From: Vicugna vicugna
Lineage: Eukaryota
Direction: 5' to 3'
Assembly (NCBI GenBank): GCA_013265495.1
Contig: MU058257.1
Coordinates: 1,567,262-1,631,261, forward strand
Length of the DNA: 64,000 nucleotides
Made by a program: the position numbers and the translations under genes. The notes under the pieces are model-generated. The model ran no database searches, was not told the origin of the DNA, and was given only the letters and a program-made list of their open reading frames with translations. Numbering within the stretch: position 1 is the first letter of the stretch; each line of letters opens with the position of its first letter. Below are positions 13,430-25,200 of the stretch, piece by piece.

Positions 13430-13720
13430 GTGCTTACTGAGTCTTACTATGTGTTACGTACTGGGGTTCTGTTGGCACCGGGGATTGAACCCAGGACCTC
13501 GTGCGTGCTAAGCATGTGCTCTACCGCTGAGCCCCACCCCAACCCTGTTGGGTGCTATTTTAAAAGTTTTAGATGATTTGTCTCATCTAATCGTTACAAT
13601 CCCCTGAAAGGTGTCTTAGAAAGTTATGAAACTTGACCTGAGGCTTAGAAACTTCAGGAATTCGCTCAGCATAACACAGGCTATGAAATTCCAACCCACT
13701 CGGACTTCAAGCTGCTGCCG
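13430..13720 (-). mobile_element. MIR split by a younger SINE insertion
   Basis: ttactgagtcttactatgtgtt...[insert]...tctcatctaatcgttacaatcccctgaaagg...ctgaggcttagaa. Confidence 0.65.
13476..13544 (-). mobile_element. Short tRNA-Ala-like/Vic-1 head retrocopy lacking an A-rich tail
   Basis: Minus strand GGGGTGGGGCTCAGCGGTAGAGCACATGCTTAGCACGCACGAGGTCCTGGGTTCAATCCCCGGTG with A/B boxes, flanked by CTGTTGG direct repeats. Confidence 0.85.
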
Positions 13721-13744
13721 CCAACCACTCCACTCCCCACAGCT

Positions 13745-13970
13745 CCAGACGGTGTTCCAGGCACTACCGGGGGCCAGCTCTGTGCTGCCTATCACTCTGA
13801 CCTCAGTGGAGACACAGGGGAGGCGGGGATGCTGATGCAGTGACCCAGGTGAGCACTGACGGCAGCCTGACCTAGGGAGGAAGGGACAGGAGTGGAGAGC
13901 ACTGGGCAGGTCTGAGAGACATTTAGAAAGAGACCCTCCAGGACTGGAGGTAGAGAGGAAAAGAAACAGG
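13745..13970 (-). mobile_element. L2 fragment
   Basis: ggcagcctgacctaggg...ggagagcactgggcaggtctgagagacatttagaaag is L2-like. Confidence 0.45.
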
Positions 13971-14318
13971 GAACAGGAGGAATAATACTCAAAAACTACC
14001 ACTGCTTGGTCAAACATGCAAGCAGCAGGATCCCAGGCTGCGTCTTCTTCAGTGAAAATGCCTCAAAGTGACACAATCACCACCACTTCCTGATGCCCAC
14101 ACATCTACACAAGTTCTCGTCAACCATTTAGTAAACTAGAACAAGTTTATCTATGCACAAGAGACAGAAAAACTGACATGAGGTGCCCAAAACCATGGGT
14201 CACAGAATGGTAAATGACATTTAAATGGGGATGGGGACATACATTCTGTCTTTCTAGACACGTAAATGCAATTGGGAAATGTCACATTTGGTATCTATGA
14301 TTCACGTGATATTATCTT

Positions 14319-14323
<5 letters not shown>

Positions 14324-14360
<37 letters not shown>
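14324..14360. repeat. (TG)18 microsatellite
   Basis: Perfect run. Confidence 0.95.
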
Positions 14361-14362
<2 letters not shown>

Positions 14363-15259
14363 CCATTTCCCATCTACATTTTGATGCTGTGAAGAACAGA
14401 AAATAATTTCAGAAGGAAGTCACTGCATTTGTAGCTCTCCTGGACACTTTCTTTTGCAACTGCAGGTGCAAGCACCTTCCCAGCTCAACTCTCGAAATGC
14501 CAGAAAGGGAGAAGTTTGCAAACAACAATTCATCTAAACCAGCTGCTTTGCACAGTAAACTAGTCAGCACAGGCATCCGGTGATGGAACAAGGAGAAAGA
14601 GGGAGGGGACGAGAGAACAGGAGGATTTCAGTTGCCAACAATCCTTTGCAGAATGAGAAAGGTCACAAAGGAGACATCTGCTGGCCGCGATCCTCAAACT
14701 CCAAACAGACCAATCACATCAACACAAATCTTGTATCTCAAGAAAATGAGTCTCAGCGGCAAATCCCAGCCGCCAAGGCCAACACGGGACGTTCACATTC
14801 GGGAAGAAGCTGAAGACTTTCAAAGCGGCAGTTTTCAGGCTATTACATAGAGCCTAAGGCATAACAGGGAAACCCATGTTAACGCAGAGATAAACCACAC
14901 AGCACCTCCCCTTGGGCACCTCCGGGTGAGGAAGAACCACTGATCCCGCTCCGGCAGGATCCGTGTGCACAGGTTACTGCTGAGAATCAGCAAAAAACTC
15001 GCATCTTTCAAGAATCATTTAATGAGCCACTGTTTTTTAAAAATCTTGTCCTTTTCCTGTCTCATCATTCAACTCATTTGCCTTCAGCAAATTATGCAAA
15101 TAAAGAACAATTATTGACAAGACGGGGTGGGGGACAGTGGGCATATTATAATTCTAATTCATGAGAGAAAAATACTTATCAAATACCAGAGATTTAAAAC
15201 ATGAAAAGAACGCAAAAGTTATTTCAAAGGGGAAATAATTGTTCAGAAAACCTCATTTG

Positions 15260-16372
15260 CCACCAGCAGTGAAGGAGGGTTCCCTTTTCTCCACAGCCTC
15301 TCCAGCATTTATCGTTTCTGGATTTTTGAATGATGGCCATTCTGACTGGTGTGAGGTGATACCTCATTGTAGTTTTGATTTGCATTTCTCTAATAATTAC
15401 TGACATTGAGCATTTTTTTCATGTGCCTATTTTTCATTTGTATTTCTTCCTTGGAGAATTGCTTGTTTAGGTCTTCTGCCCATTTTTGGATTGGGTTGTT
15501 CATTTTTCTCTTATTAAGTCGTGTAAGTTGCTTATATAGTCTGGAAATCAAGCCTTTTGTCGGTTTCATTTGCAAAAATGTTCTCCCATTCTGTAGGTTG
15601 TCTTTTTGTTTTACTTATGGTTTCCTTTTCTGTGCAGAAGCTTGTAAGTTTCATTAGGTCCCATTTGTTTATTCTTGCTTCTATTTCTATTTCTTGAGTA
15701 GATGCAGCCACTGTGGAAAACAGTATGGAGATTCCTCAAAAGACTAGGAATAGACTTACCATATGACCCAGGAATTCCACTCCTGGGCATATATCCAGAA
15801 GGAACCCTACTTCAGGATGACACCTGCACCCCAATGTTCATAGCAGCCAAGACATGGAAACTGCCTAAATGTCCATCAACAGATGACTGGATAAAGATGA
15901 TGTAGTATATTTATACAATGGAATACTACTCAGCCATAAAAACCGACAACATAATGCCATTTGCAGCAACATGGATGCTCCTGGAGAATGTCATTCTAAG
16001 TAAGTAAGCCAGAAAGAGAAAGAAAAATACAATATGAGATCGCTCATATGTGGAATCTAAAACAAACAAACAAACAAACAAAGCATAAATACAAAACAAA
16101 TAGACTCACAGACATAGAATACAAACTTGTGGTTGCCAAGGGGGCAGGGGGTGGGAAGAGAAAGCCTGGGATTTCAAAATTGTAGAATAGATAAACAAGA
16201 TTATACTGTATAGCACGGGGAAATATACACAAGAACTTATGGTAGCTCAGAGAGAAAAAAATGTGACAATGAATATATATATGTCATGTATAACTGAAAA
16301 ATTGTGCTCTACACTGGAATTTGACACAACATTGTAAAATGATCATAAATCAATAAAAAATGTTAAAAAAAA
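15260..16372 (+). mobile_element. Young L1 with 5' inversion (15260-15702 antisense; 15703-16372 sense) and 15-bp TSD
   Basis: Minus part encodes ORF2 ...[12 protein letters not shown]...[19 protein letters not shown]...[15 protein letters not shown]; plus part continues [12 protein letters not shown]... to 3' UTR and polyA. TSD AGAAAA(C/T)CTCATTTG at 15245-15259 and 16373-16387. Confidence 0.95.
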
Positions 16373-16929
16373 AGAAAATCTCATTTGAATTTTATATATT
16401 TAACAGTAACAAAAATGTTATTTAAAAGTTTCCAAGGGAGGCACCTGAAGAAAAATCTCTTTTAAACTTAACTAATTTTCTTCCATAATATTATTGGGGC
16501 AAATTTGCTAACATTTTGTACTCCAGTAAAAAACAAACAATTATTTTAATAAACATTTGCCACTTAAAAATGGATTTTTTGGAGGGTTTGGACCCTCCTC
16601 TGCATTCAAGCTCTCAAAGAGTTCGCTCAGCCCCCAAATAACTCGGGGTTTGAGGGAAGAATCAGAGAAATTAAAGTTAGGGAAGGAAGAAAACACTGAG
16701 ACCAGAAAGAACAAACTTCCAAGTGACTACCATCCAAGCAAACACTGAAGACCTGGACTCAGCCCTGAAGGAGTGGCAAGGACCCCACTGCACCCCCAAG
16801 CACGCCCTTTCCTCAGGGAAGATGGGGAACAGAGTGGCCCTTCTCCCCGAAGGGAAAGGGAGCCACCTTCGGCTCCCCTGCTGCCAGCTGTGTCCATGCC
16901 TTCCTTTTGCCCCGGGGAACATGCAAGGA

Positions 16930-17620
16930 GGCCCCGTTTCACAGGCACATCTCGTCAGCTGAACAGATCTCACAGAACCTCGTGTTGCGATGAGATGCAT
17001 GTGTGAACAGGTCTCCCGGGCGTGGCTTGTGGGATTGTCACCTGGTCCAGCATCTCCTGAGGTCGGTCTAGAAACACCCACCAAAGTACCCAACATGCAC
17101 CCTCTCGTACAAACCCACACATGTACAGTGTCATTTGGGGGGGGAGAGCAGAGGGGTCTTCCCAGGAGGTGCTCAACGCCAAGTGGCTTAAGAACAAGGG
17201 TTAGCACTGCAGTGTTGTCTGCAACAGCAAACCCAGTACACAATCCACACGCCCATCGGCAGACAGTGACCCGTCTATGCAAAGGAAAATGACTGAACCG
17301 GTTCACAAATGTACACTTTTTATGCTTCAATATACAAAGACCACCCAACCACTGTCAGCAAAAAAACGAAGCCCAGAAGATGATAGATTCTATTTATGTA
17401 AAAATGTGCAAAGAGCATGCTTTCATATCTGCTGCTGAAAGCAAGCTTCCATGAGCACCTGGAGCGGGGGCTTCATGGGGCAGGCGAGCTGGTGGCGGGC
17501 AGGCAGGACTTTGTACACCACGTGTAACCACGCTGGATTCTGGAACTATGACTGCGTTACCTCTGCAACAGTCAAGTAAATAACATATTCTAAACTTTTT
17601 TAATTTAAAAAGAAGAAATC
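16930..17620 (+). mobile_element. Ancient L1 (L1ME/MC-like) fragment
   Basis: cactgcagtgttgtctgcaacagcaaa...caatccacacgcccatc...gattctatttatgtaaaa, degraded L1 3' region. Confidence 0.5.
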
Positions 17621-20559
17621 ATGTTATTAAATTAACCCCCAGAGAATGCAGTGAGTGTACTGTCTTCCAAGGTACCAGAGGAGACCCCATCATTCTAATC
17701 GCTCATTTCAACAGCTGTCTAATGAGCCTGGAGGACAATCAGGAACAAACAGGGACACCTATCACCGTCAACTTAAAAAAATAAAATTCCCCTCAGCTTG
17801 TGTGGGGTCATCCTCCGTCCAGAATCAATTCCTTTCACTAAAAACATTTTGTGCAATTCCATAAGAAACAAAGGATATTACTCCTCTCCTTGAAAATAAT
17901 TTCTAAAACTCAATTTTATATTAAATATCCACACAGAAAAAGAGATGATTGAAGAAAATACCATCAAAAAGCTATATACTAGGTATAAAATGCTAATGGT
18001 AAGTCAGAATTTATAATATCCACATTTTACATACTGAGCATATGAATACCAAACTCCGCTGTTCCTAGAATAGGAATAATCATTTCCAAAAGAAAATAAA
18101 ATTGCCAGCTTGGAGTCTCAAGTAATAGTATAATTCATATTCATTCTAATGAAATAAAGAAAATTCACAACTTTTGGGAAAAAATTCTTTTTAAACAGAA
18201 AAAAAAAAAACCACAGCTCTCAAGCAAATGAAATATAGGACATATCAGGAGAGAATACATTATTTTCAACTCAATTGCTTATAAATATTAAATAGAATCA
18301 AATGGTTTGTTCAAATATTATTTTTCCAATTAAGTGGAAAGTTATCTGTCACTTTAGTTATAAACACAAAGAATAATTAAATAGTTTCTGAAAATCAAAT
18401 ATTTTAAGTATGCAAGTAATGAACATTTCTGGAGCTAACAGAATCAATGACTTTGTCAGGCCTCTGACAACACTCTGGGGGCCTGTTCGCCACGTGTCCC
18501 CCTCCTCCCAGCACCTGCTCCTCAGCCTCCCCCGGGGCTGCCATCACCAAGGCCGACACAGCGGAAATTGCTGGGACACAGCGACACTGCTGGCAACAGA
18601 CTGATCGTGCTCACCTCCTGCAACTGAATCCACGTTGCGCTACAAGGCGCCCTTGGAGAAAGACCGGAGATGACTGAGTAAGCTAGGGGACAGGGGGCTG
18701 TGCCCCCATCAGACCAAGACTTTCTAAACAGCAGCCGCACAAGCGCGCCTGGATGACTCAGAAGTCTGACCGTGGTCCCGCGGTTTACGGATGTACATAC
18801 ACGTAATCGCACAAAACAGATCTCCCCTCTGCCGACTGTCTGCAGGTCCCAGCTCGTGACTCATAAATACCAGCCTCAAGCCACACGCCACAGCCATGGC
18901 CCATCTAGTCTACCCCGCGGAGAATCCACCCGTGACACACAGTGCCAGAAAAAGTCAAGTCATCATAGACTTTTCCTTTTCAATTCCTCTGAACCACTTA
19001 CTCAGAACTACACGGCAGACCACGAGGAGCTACCTACAGTCACCAAGACGATGCCTGTGCCTTGAAGGGCATGGAAACTGACAGAAACCAAGACAGACTC
19101 AAATTCACGAGTGTTGGAAAGAAAAGGTGGTGAGAGCAGAGACAGCAGAGAAGGCAGCAGGGATGTTCCCTCCCTCGAGTGTGAGGACTAGTGAGGTCCC
19201 ATGGGGGGCGGCCTCTGACTTGACACACGAAAGGTGAGAAGGAACCAAACCTGGGCTGGGAGGGGCAGTAAGCCCAGCAGAGGGACAGTGAGCCAGGGGT
19301 TCAAAGGGCGGCGGGGGGGGGGGGTAACTGAGCACCTATGTGCTGACAGGAGAGACCTCGTGCATACATGCAGACACACGCACACTCTCACTCTCAGGAC
19401 TGCGTTGGGAGGAATTAAATACACACGCCAAGCCCTAAGTCGGAGCCGGGACAGCAGCTGAGCAGAGGTGACGACGGCAGCCTCTGGGGGTCAGGGGTGC
19501 TCCTCCCAGGTGCGGAGGGGCAGTGTATGGATGCAGTGGTGGGAACACAGGACCCAGGACCCAGAACCCACTTCTGAGAAGGAGTCACCACAGGGGGAGG
19601 GGACATGGTGCTTCTCAGAGGGTTAGCCTGACTCCAGTGAATCCCAGTATTGCAGCTGCATCTTGCAATATGAGAATTACAATATTTATAGAAAAAGAGA
19701 ACAAGTTGCTCCATCTTCCAATCTTACGAAGTTTGATTTACTAGAAACAAAAGTATTTCAAAACTTATGTTCTTACCCTTGAGGAGTGTAAATAATGCAG
19801 ACACATGAAGGGAAACCCCCAAGCCCGCCCCAAGCCGACCCCAGCCCCACGCCACCAGGGGTATGCTGTGGAAACTGCCTGTTTATTTTCAGTACTTTAA
19901 ACTCCACTGTTCACACATGAAAGAGAGGTGGTCAACCACCTCCTTCCAGCCCTAAGAGCAGAGAAAGAAAAAAAAAAGGCGAGGAAAAAATGAGGGGAGG
20001 GGAATGGCTCACAGATACACAGAGCTCGTGAGAACACCACAGGGCATGTACCCGGGCCTCTGGGGGGGGGCGGGGGAAGAACATAAAACCACTGGACAAA
20101 ATGCTTCAGGGCTTAAAGGGACAACTTTTTCAGGACCATTTCAGAATCCTGTTGAAGGCAGATGGAAAAAGTCCACATAGGATAAATTTTGAAAAGGCAC
20201 ACCTACCTAGATCCTAACGTTCCAAAATTAAAAATAGCTTCTGAGAGGTTCAACGTCTGCAGGCAGGCTGCAGAGCCGGCAGTGAAGACAACACACAGTG
20301 AGCTGAAAACGTTAATATGATTCCTTAACCAGGGCTGTTTGAAAGGACAGCAGTCCCATTGCTGACTAAACACAGAGATAAAGAACAAACTTTCAAAAGC
20401 GAACGACATACAGAAGGGTGGGGAAAAAAGAGAGAGAAAGCCTGTATTTGCTTCACGGTCATAGTTAATCGCACGGCTCACCGCAGAAATCTTTAAGACT
20501 GCCTGCGATGAACACATGAAAAGGCGCCTGAGGTCATGGCTCAAAAAGAAGGTGGACCT

Positions 20560-20830
20560 TTATTCGCAGCGCGGCTCTAGGCGGCGCGTCCCTGCAGCTG
20601 TATTCACGGGCAAGACGATCGCCGGGTACTGAGGGATTCCCCGTGGAGGGTAATCCACGCACCGCCGAAGATGTCACTCGGTACAATTTTTGACTCACTT
20701 CCCTGCTGCTGGCGGGCTTTTAGCTCCGCAGGCCAAAGAAGCAATACATAGGGCCAGGCATCAAGGAAAAGGAGGACTGGCTGGCGCCCGGCACCCCGCC
20801 CGCCCGGCTGCAAAGCTCAGAAGCCGCACC
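20560..20830. promoter_or_regulatory. CpG-rich patch with clustered transcription-factor motifs (candidate intronic enhancer)
   Basis: E-box CAGCTG 20595-20600, kB-type GGGATTCCCC 20633-20642, AP-1 TGACTCA 20691-20697 overlapping ETS core ACTTCC 20697-20702, GC box CCCCGCCC 20794-20801. Motif-only evidence. Confidence 0.35.
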
Positions 20831-21705
20831 GAGCCTCCCCGACTCCCCCACATCCCAAAGGGGCCCGTATGCTTGCTCAGCAGTAGCCAGACAAGAGCCC
20901 CCACAAGAAACTTACCATCTTAGGATTTAATCCTTTCCAAACCACGCGTGCTTGCCAAAATCAAAAGGGAATGTAGAAAACGGACCCAGAGATTAACACT
21001 CATGTCATTTTTGTGTCAGATTATGTTCTTCAGAAAAGAAGCAGAGATGATTTAAAGTGATTAAATTTTCTTCTAATTCTGATAAGATGCCACAAAAACA
21101 AGACTCCAATTCTGGTAGGATGATGAGGGCAGGAAAAACATACCAGGGAGGAAAACGAGACGGCCCAGCACACCAGGCGGCATTTCCAACCCGCCGGGGG
21201 AAAGGACGCAGGAAGAGGACAGCGACCCCAGGTGGAGAGAGTTCTCGAGGTGGAAATATTCAGCCTACTCTTTCCTACAATGAAGTTGGATGTGGAACCT
21301 CACAATGCCTGCAATACACTGAAAACTGGATCTGCATTTTGCGGTGTCACCCGACTTCACCTTCACACGCAGCCAGTCTGCCAAACGGTTGCTACTTTCC
21401 GCATTTTTATACACTGTGAAAATAGATTTGCAGAGTTTACAGCACCCGGACAAGGCCACACCAGAGCACTGGAGGGCAGGTGTCCACGGCCTGGCCTAGG
21501 ATTCCCAGGCTCACTGTGCCACTGACTTCACGTCGGGGTAGAGTGCTACTGTGGCTCCCATGAGAAAACACATGCAAATAAAGTGGCCCTGCAGGGGCTG
21601 GCAAGGCTCCCAGGGAAATCTGGCTGTCCTCCTCAGAAGCATGTGCACCAGCCCTCACACTCCGGTCCTGTTGTTGCACTTGAGGCTTTGAGACCACAGC
21701 TCTTT

Positions 21706-22214
21706 TGTTACTGGAAAATGTGTTACAGCTCGGTGTTACAGCTCAGTTGTGACAGCAACCTGGATCCGAGAGAGAAACCAAGCAGCACTGGAGAGTTGGA
21801 GAACGCAGGTTTATTGCGCCAACAGACCCAGAAAAGTTAATATTTACGGCTCTGGACACCGTCTGTGGGTTTACACAGGCCTTTTATAGGCTGCCAGTTT
21901 TACACTTGCAACATCCTATGCAAATTAAGTTTAGCAGAAGTTGATCAACCAGGAACAAGCTTTGTAGAAATAGACCAATCAGGAATGAGAGAAACAACCA
22001 ATCAGAAGTGAGAGTAATACCCAATCAGGGAGTGAAGAAAATAACCAATCAGAAATGAGCTCAGGGAACCAATAGAATTTTAGGTGTAAGTTAGCCGCTT
22101 TAGAGGCAGAAAGCGAGACAGAGCTTCTGGGCCAGGGAACCGGACGGTGCTGGGAGGAGAGCAGCGGCCCTGCCTAGGGGTCCTGCCCGTCTTTTTATGG
22201 GGCTTCCCACCTCA
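21706..22214 (-). mobile_element. Solo LTR, ERV1-like (509 bp)
   Basis: TG...CA termini, 4-bp TSD CTTT (21702-21705, 22215-22218). On the minus strand: CCAAT-repeat region, then TATAAAA (21882-21888), then AATAAA (21810-21815), i.e. U3-R-U5 order. Confidence 0.9.
21971..22078. repeat. Tandem 23-24 bp repeat with five CCAAT boxes inside LTR U3
   Basis: CCAAT starting at 21975, 21998, 22021, 22045 and 22069. Confidence 0.9.
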
Positions 22215-25200
22215 CTTTCACGATAAGAATTAAAAAGTATGTAGAACTTATAAAAAATAATGTGTGTCACAAACACATAAGACGCTTTAATCATGTTTTG
22301 CAACTCAAATCATTTTGAGACATATTAGAGGCACAGCCGACCCACCAAAGCACCAGAAAATACTCTGGGCACGTTCAGGTGCCAGACATCTCCCTTCCAA
22401 GGCTGCGCTGGCTTTACTCTCAGTGTTATAGTGAACACAACAGGTTTCTGCGATAAAGAACATCTCTGGCATTTTATAATGAAAATTAAATTTCATTGTA
22501 AAATGATCAATGTTTTTAGTTTCTACACTTGCTCCTGCTGGAGGTGAGCGCAATTACCTCTGCTTCTGCACAAGGTCTGCCGAACTTTGCCAACCGGGAA
22601 ATAATATCAACAAATCCCCTTCCTTTTTAACAAAAAAATCGGTGGAACTTTAGAATTTGGAGGCAGGGGTGTTCGGTTATTATTAACCGAAGAATCCAAA
22701 TAGCCACCTGGCTACTCAGTGTCTATGCGCTAAAGGACAGACAAGCAAGCAAACCAGTCACACTGCAGTCAGTCCTCGGAGCCCCAGCCCCGAACCCGAC
22801 GTGCCCTCACGGTGAGGGAGCGTGGGGCCTGCCTGCTCCCGGGCCAGGGGCTCCACGGTGCCCCCCAAGTCCCAGCGGGGCACTGCCGCCACTCCCTGGC
22901 CAGCGCCCCGCCGCTACGATGAGACATCCGCACACGCCACCTCCTCGCCTCGTCATTAAGAAAGTGTGCTCAGGGCATCTTCTCAAAAACAGCTCACAGA
23001 GGTCATCCAGATGGTTCTAAGTGTCAGTGAAATGAGATTTTTTTTTCCCATTAAGAAAAGGCTTTTAAAGCACTTGGGAAAGGATAAGGCTCTCCCCTAC
23101 GCAGGCAGACGGAAGACGACCCCCGGGCCCCACGGTCCATCCTGCAGTGACACGGGCGAGGCCTGGGACCACAAGGACTCACTCATTTTCTTTTTTAAAA
23201 CTGTACCCATATGAACTCTGGGTCACTGTTCTGCTCACTCACATCTAAACAACGCTCTAATTTTTAAAATTTACTTCTGCCCTAGGTCTTCAAAAATTTG
23301 CCTTAAGCAAATTATAACAAAGAGTGAAAATAAAGCACTTTCATAGTAACTTCCCCTTTCCATGATTTGTGAACACATGGTATGCAGCATGTGACTATTA
23401 GTCATAATGCGTAAGTATTGTCAAAAGTTTAAAAAGTATCAGAATAAGCAGACAGCACTGGACTCCTCTTTTTGAGGATAAGACAATGGGTAAGCATTTA
23501 TTCCCTGGTGCTATTTTATTAAATCCAATTTCTGTTGAACACTCAGCTCTTCTCAGGCACACTCCCTGGGACGCCACCAAAGCAGGCCGACGTAGAAGCA
23601 GGCCTGCCCTGTATTAGCCACCCTCACTTCTGATCAAAAGTCGGAAATGTTCTGTCTGCAGGAAAAAGCACGGACCGCGAGCACCGTGGCTGGAGGTGGT
23701 GACAGAAGTGCACAGAATAAGGAGGGAGAAGGCAGCTCCCTGCCTTTCAAACTCGTGGCTCGGGGACCTGAGGCACCCACGGGGGACGGGCGGGCAGGGC
23801 TCCAAAAGGGAGGGCACCTTCCCCGGCACACCTGCACCTGTCAGAGCCACACCCTAAGGTCTTTCCCTCAGAGTCGCTCCCTCATCGTAATCTGCCAGTT
23901 AGATGAGGTTTTTGCCTGATGGAAAGAACCTTAAAGCACGGGCTTTTCTCTAAAGGTCAGGGCAGGCGTCCCTGGAGCGGAGCGTGCTGGTGGCTGGAAC
24001 ATGCCTTCCACCTCCTCGCTGCTTCTGCTGACTGGCTTCAGGGCCGCTCACCACGGCGAGGCCAGGAAATGGCAGACTCCCACTCAGCTCACATTCCCCT
24101 TGCTGGCCCCAGCTCTCCCCTTCACGAATCGCCGAGGTCCTGCCTCCTCTCACAGGGAATTTACTAGTTGCGGAAACTACGGGGATGTAAGAATAAAGGC
24201 AGCGTATGATCTATCACCTGCTGACGTTAAGTTATGGTCCCTGCAGAGTCAGGGAAAGGGCCGTCGTTAGAAGGAATTCAGATTTCTTAAAGCACTGCCC
24301 AACAGCAAAACTAAGGGTTTTGTTCCTTTTTTTGTTTCTTGGATCTCAATGTTTCGAAAGCAGGAGAACTTTTTCAACACACCCCCCCAAAAAATCCATT
24401 TAGTTTCCAGCTCCTCTGTGCTTCCTCTGAGACCTCTCAGAATAGGGAAGTCCCAAGACGGACGTAAGAAAAGGATGCCTCTGAGAGACCCTCCACCTGC
24501 TGGGAGGACCCTGATGTCGGCCGCATGCAGCCACAGGCACCCGAGCAAGGCGACCTGCCCTGAGTCTGGCTCCAGGTGCTTCCTGGTTCAGAGACGCCGC
24601 CCACCTCTGGGGTCAGGTGTTTGGTGCCACGTTCTGAGAGAGGGAGGGAAGGTCCCACAGCCCCTAATGCAGGCTCAGCCCCACAGGAAAGGAAATACCT
24701 CCCGAGGCGCCCAGCACTGACACCCTCCTCTGTCCTTGTCACTTCCCTGCCCCCGGCAAAGCCAACGTGATCACGATTACCTTCGAAATGCAGAGCTAAC
24801 GAGAGACTAGCACTCCAGGAGGAACCAGAGCGAAGACAAAGCCGCTGGAGGCCTATCAACCAGGAACTCTCTTGACCCTGCAGTCCAGCTGGCACAGCTC
24901 AAAGGAGACCTGGGTCTCCCCTGCGGATCCCAAACTGCGAAGGCAAGGGCTGGTTGTTTTTAACCACATGAAACATTCTGTCATCCACAGGATGACATAC
25001 CGTGACTACTTTATTAATGGCAAAAACGAAGGTGAAAAAAAAAAGCCAGAGAAGAGACACCTGGGCTATTAACATCAGATGACTCATGGGGACAGTGAAA
25101 CGGGTGAATCCACAGCTGAGCGAGACTGGCCAGACTTGGCGTCCAGCGCGGCCGGCATCACCGGCTGGTCCCCTCCGCCCAGACGACTGTGCTTACTTTT

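Noticed and set aside
13476..13544. Functional tRNA-Ala gene
   Set aside because: Acceptor stem incomplete, no T-run terminator, close match to the SINE head; better explained as a retrocopy.
16677..17348. 223-aa ORF on the minus strand
   Set aside because: No recognisable domain, non-ATG start, overlaps a GC-enriched ancient L1 remnant.
21971..22078. Regularly spaced repeats resembling a CRISPR array
   Set aside because: 23-24 bp period with similar units and no unique spacers, inside an LTR of a mammalian genome, with no cas genes.
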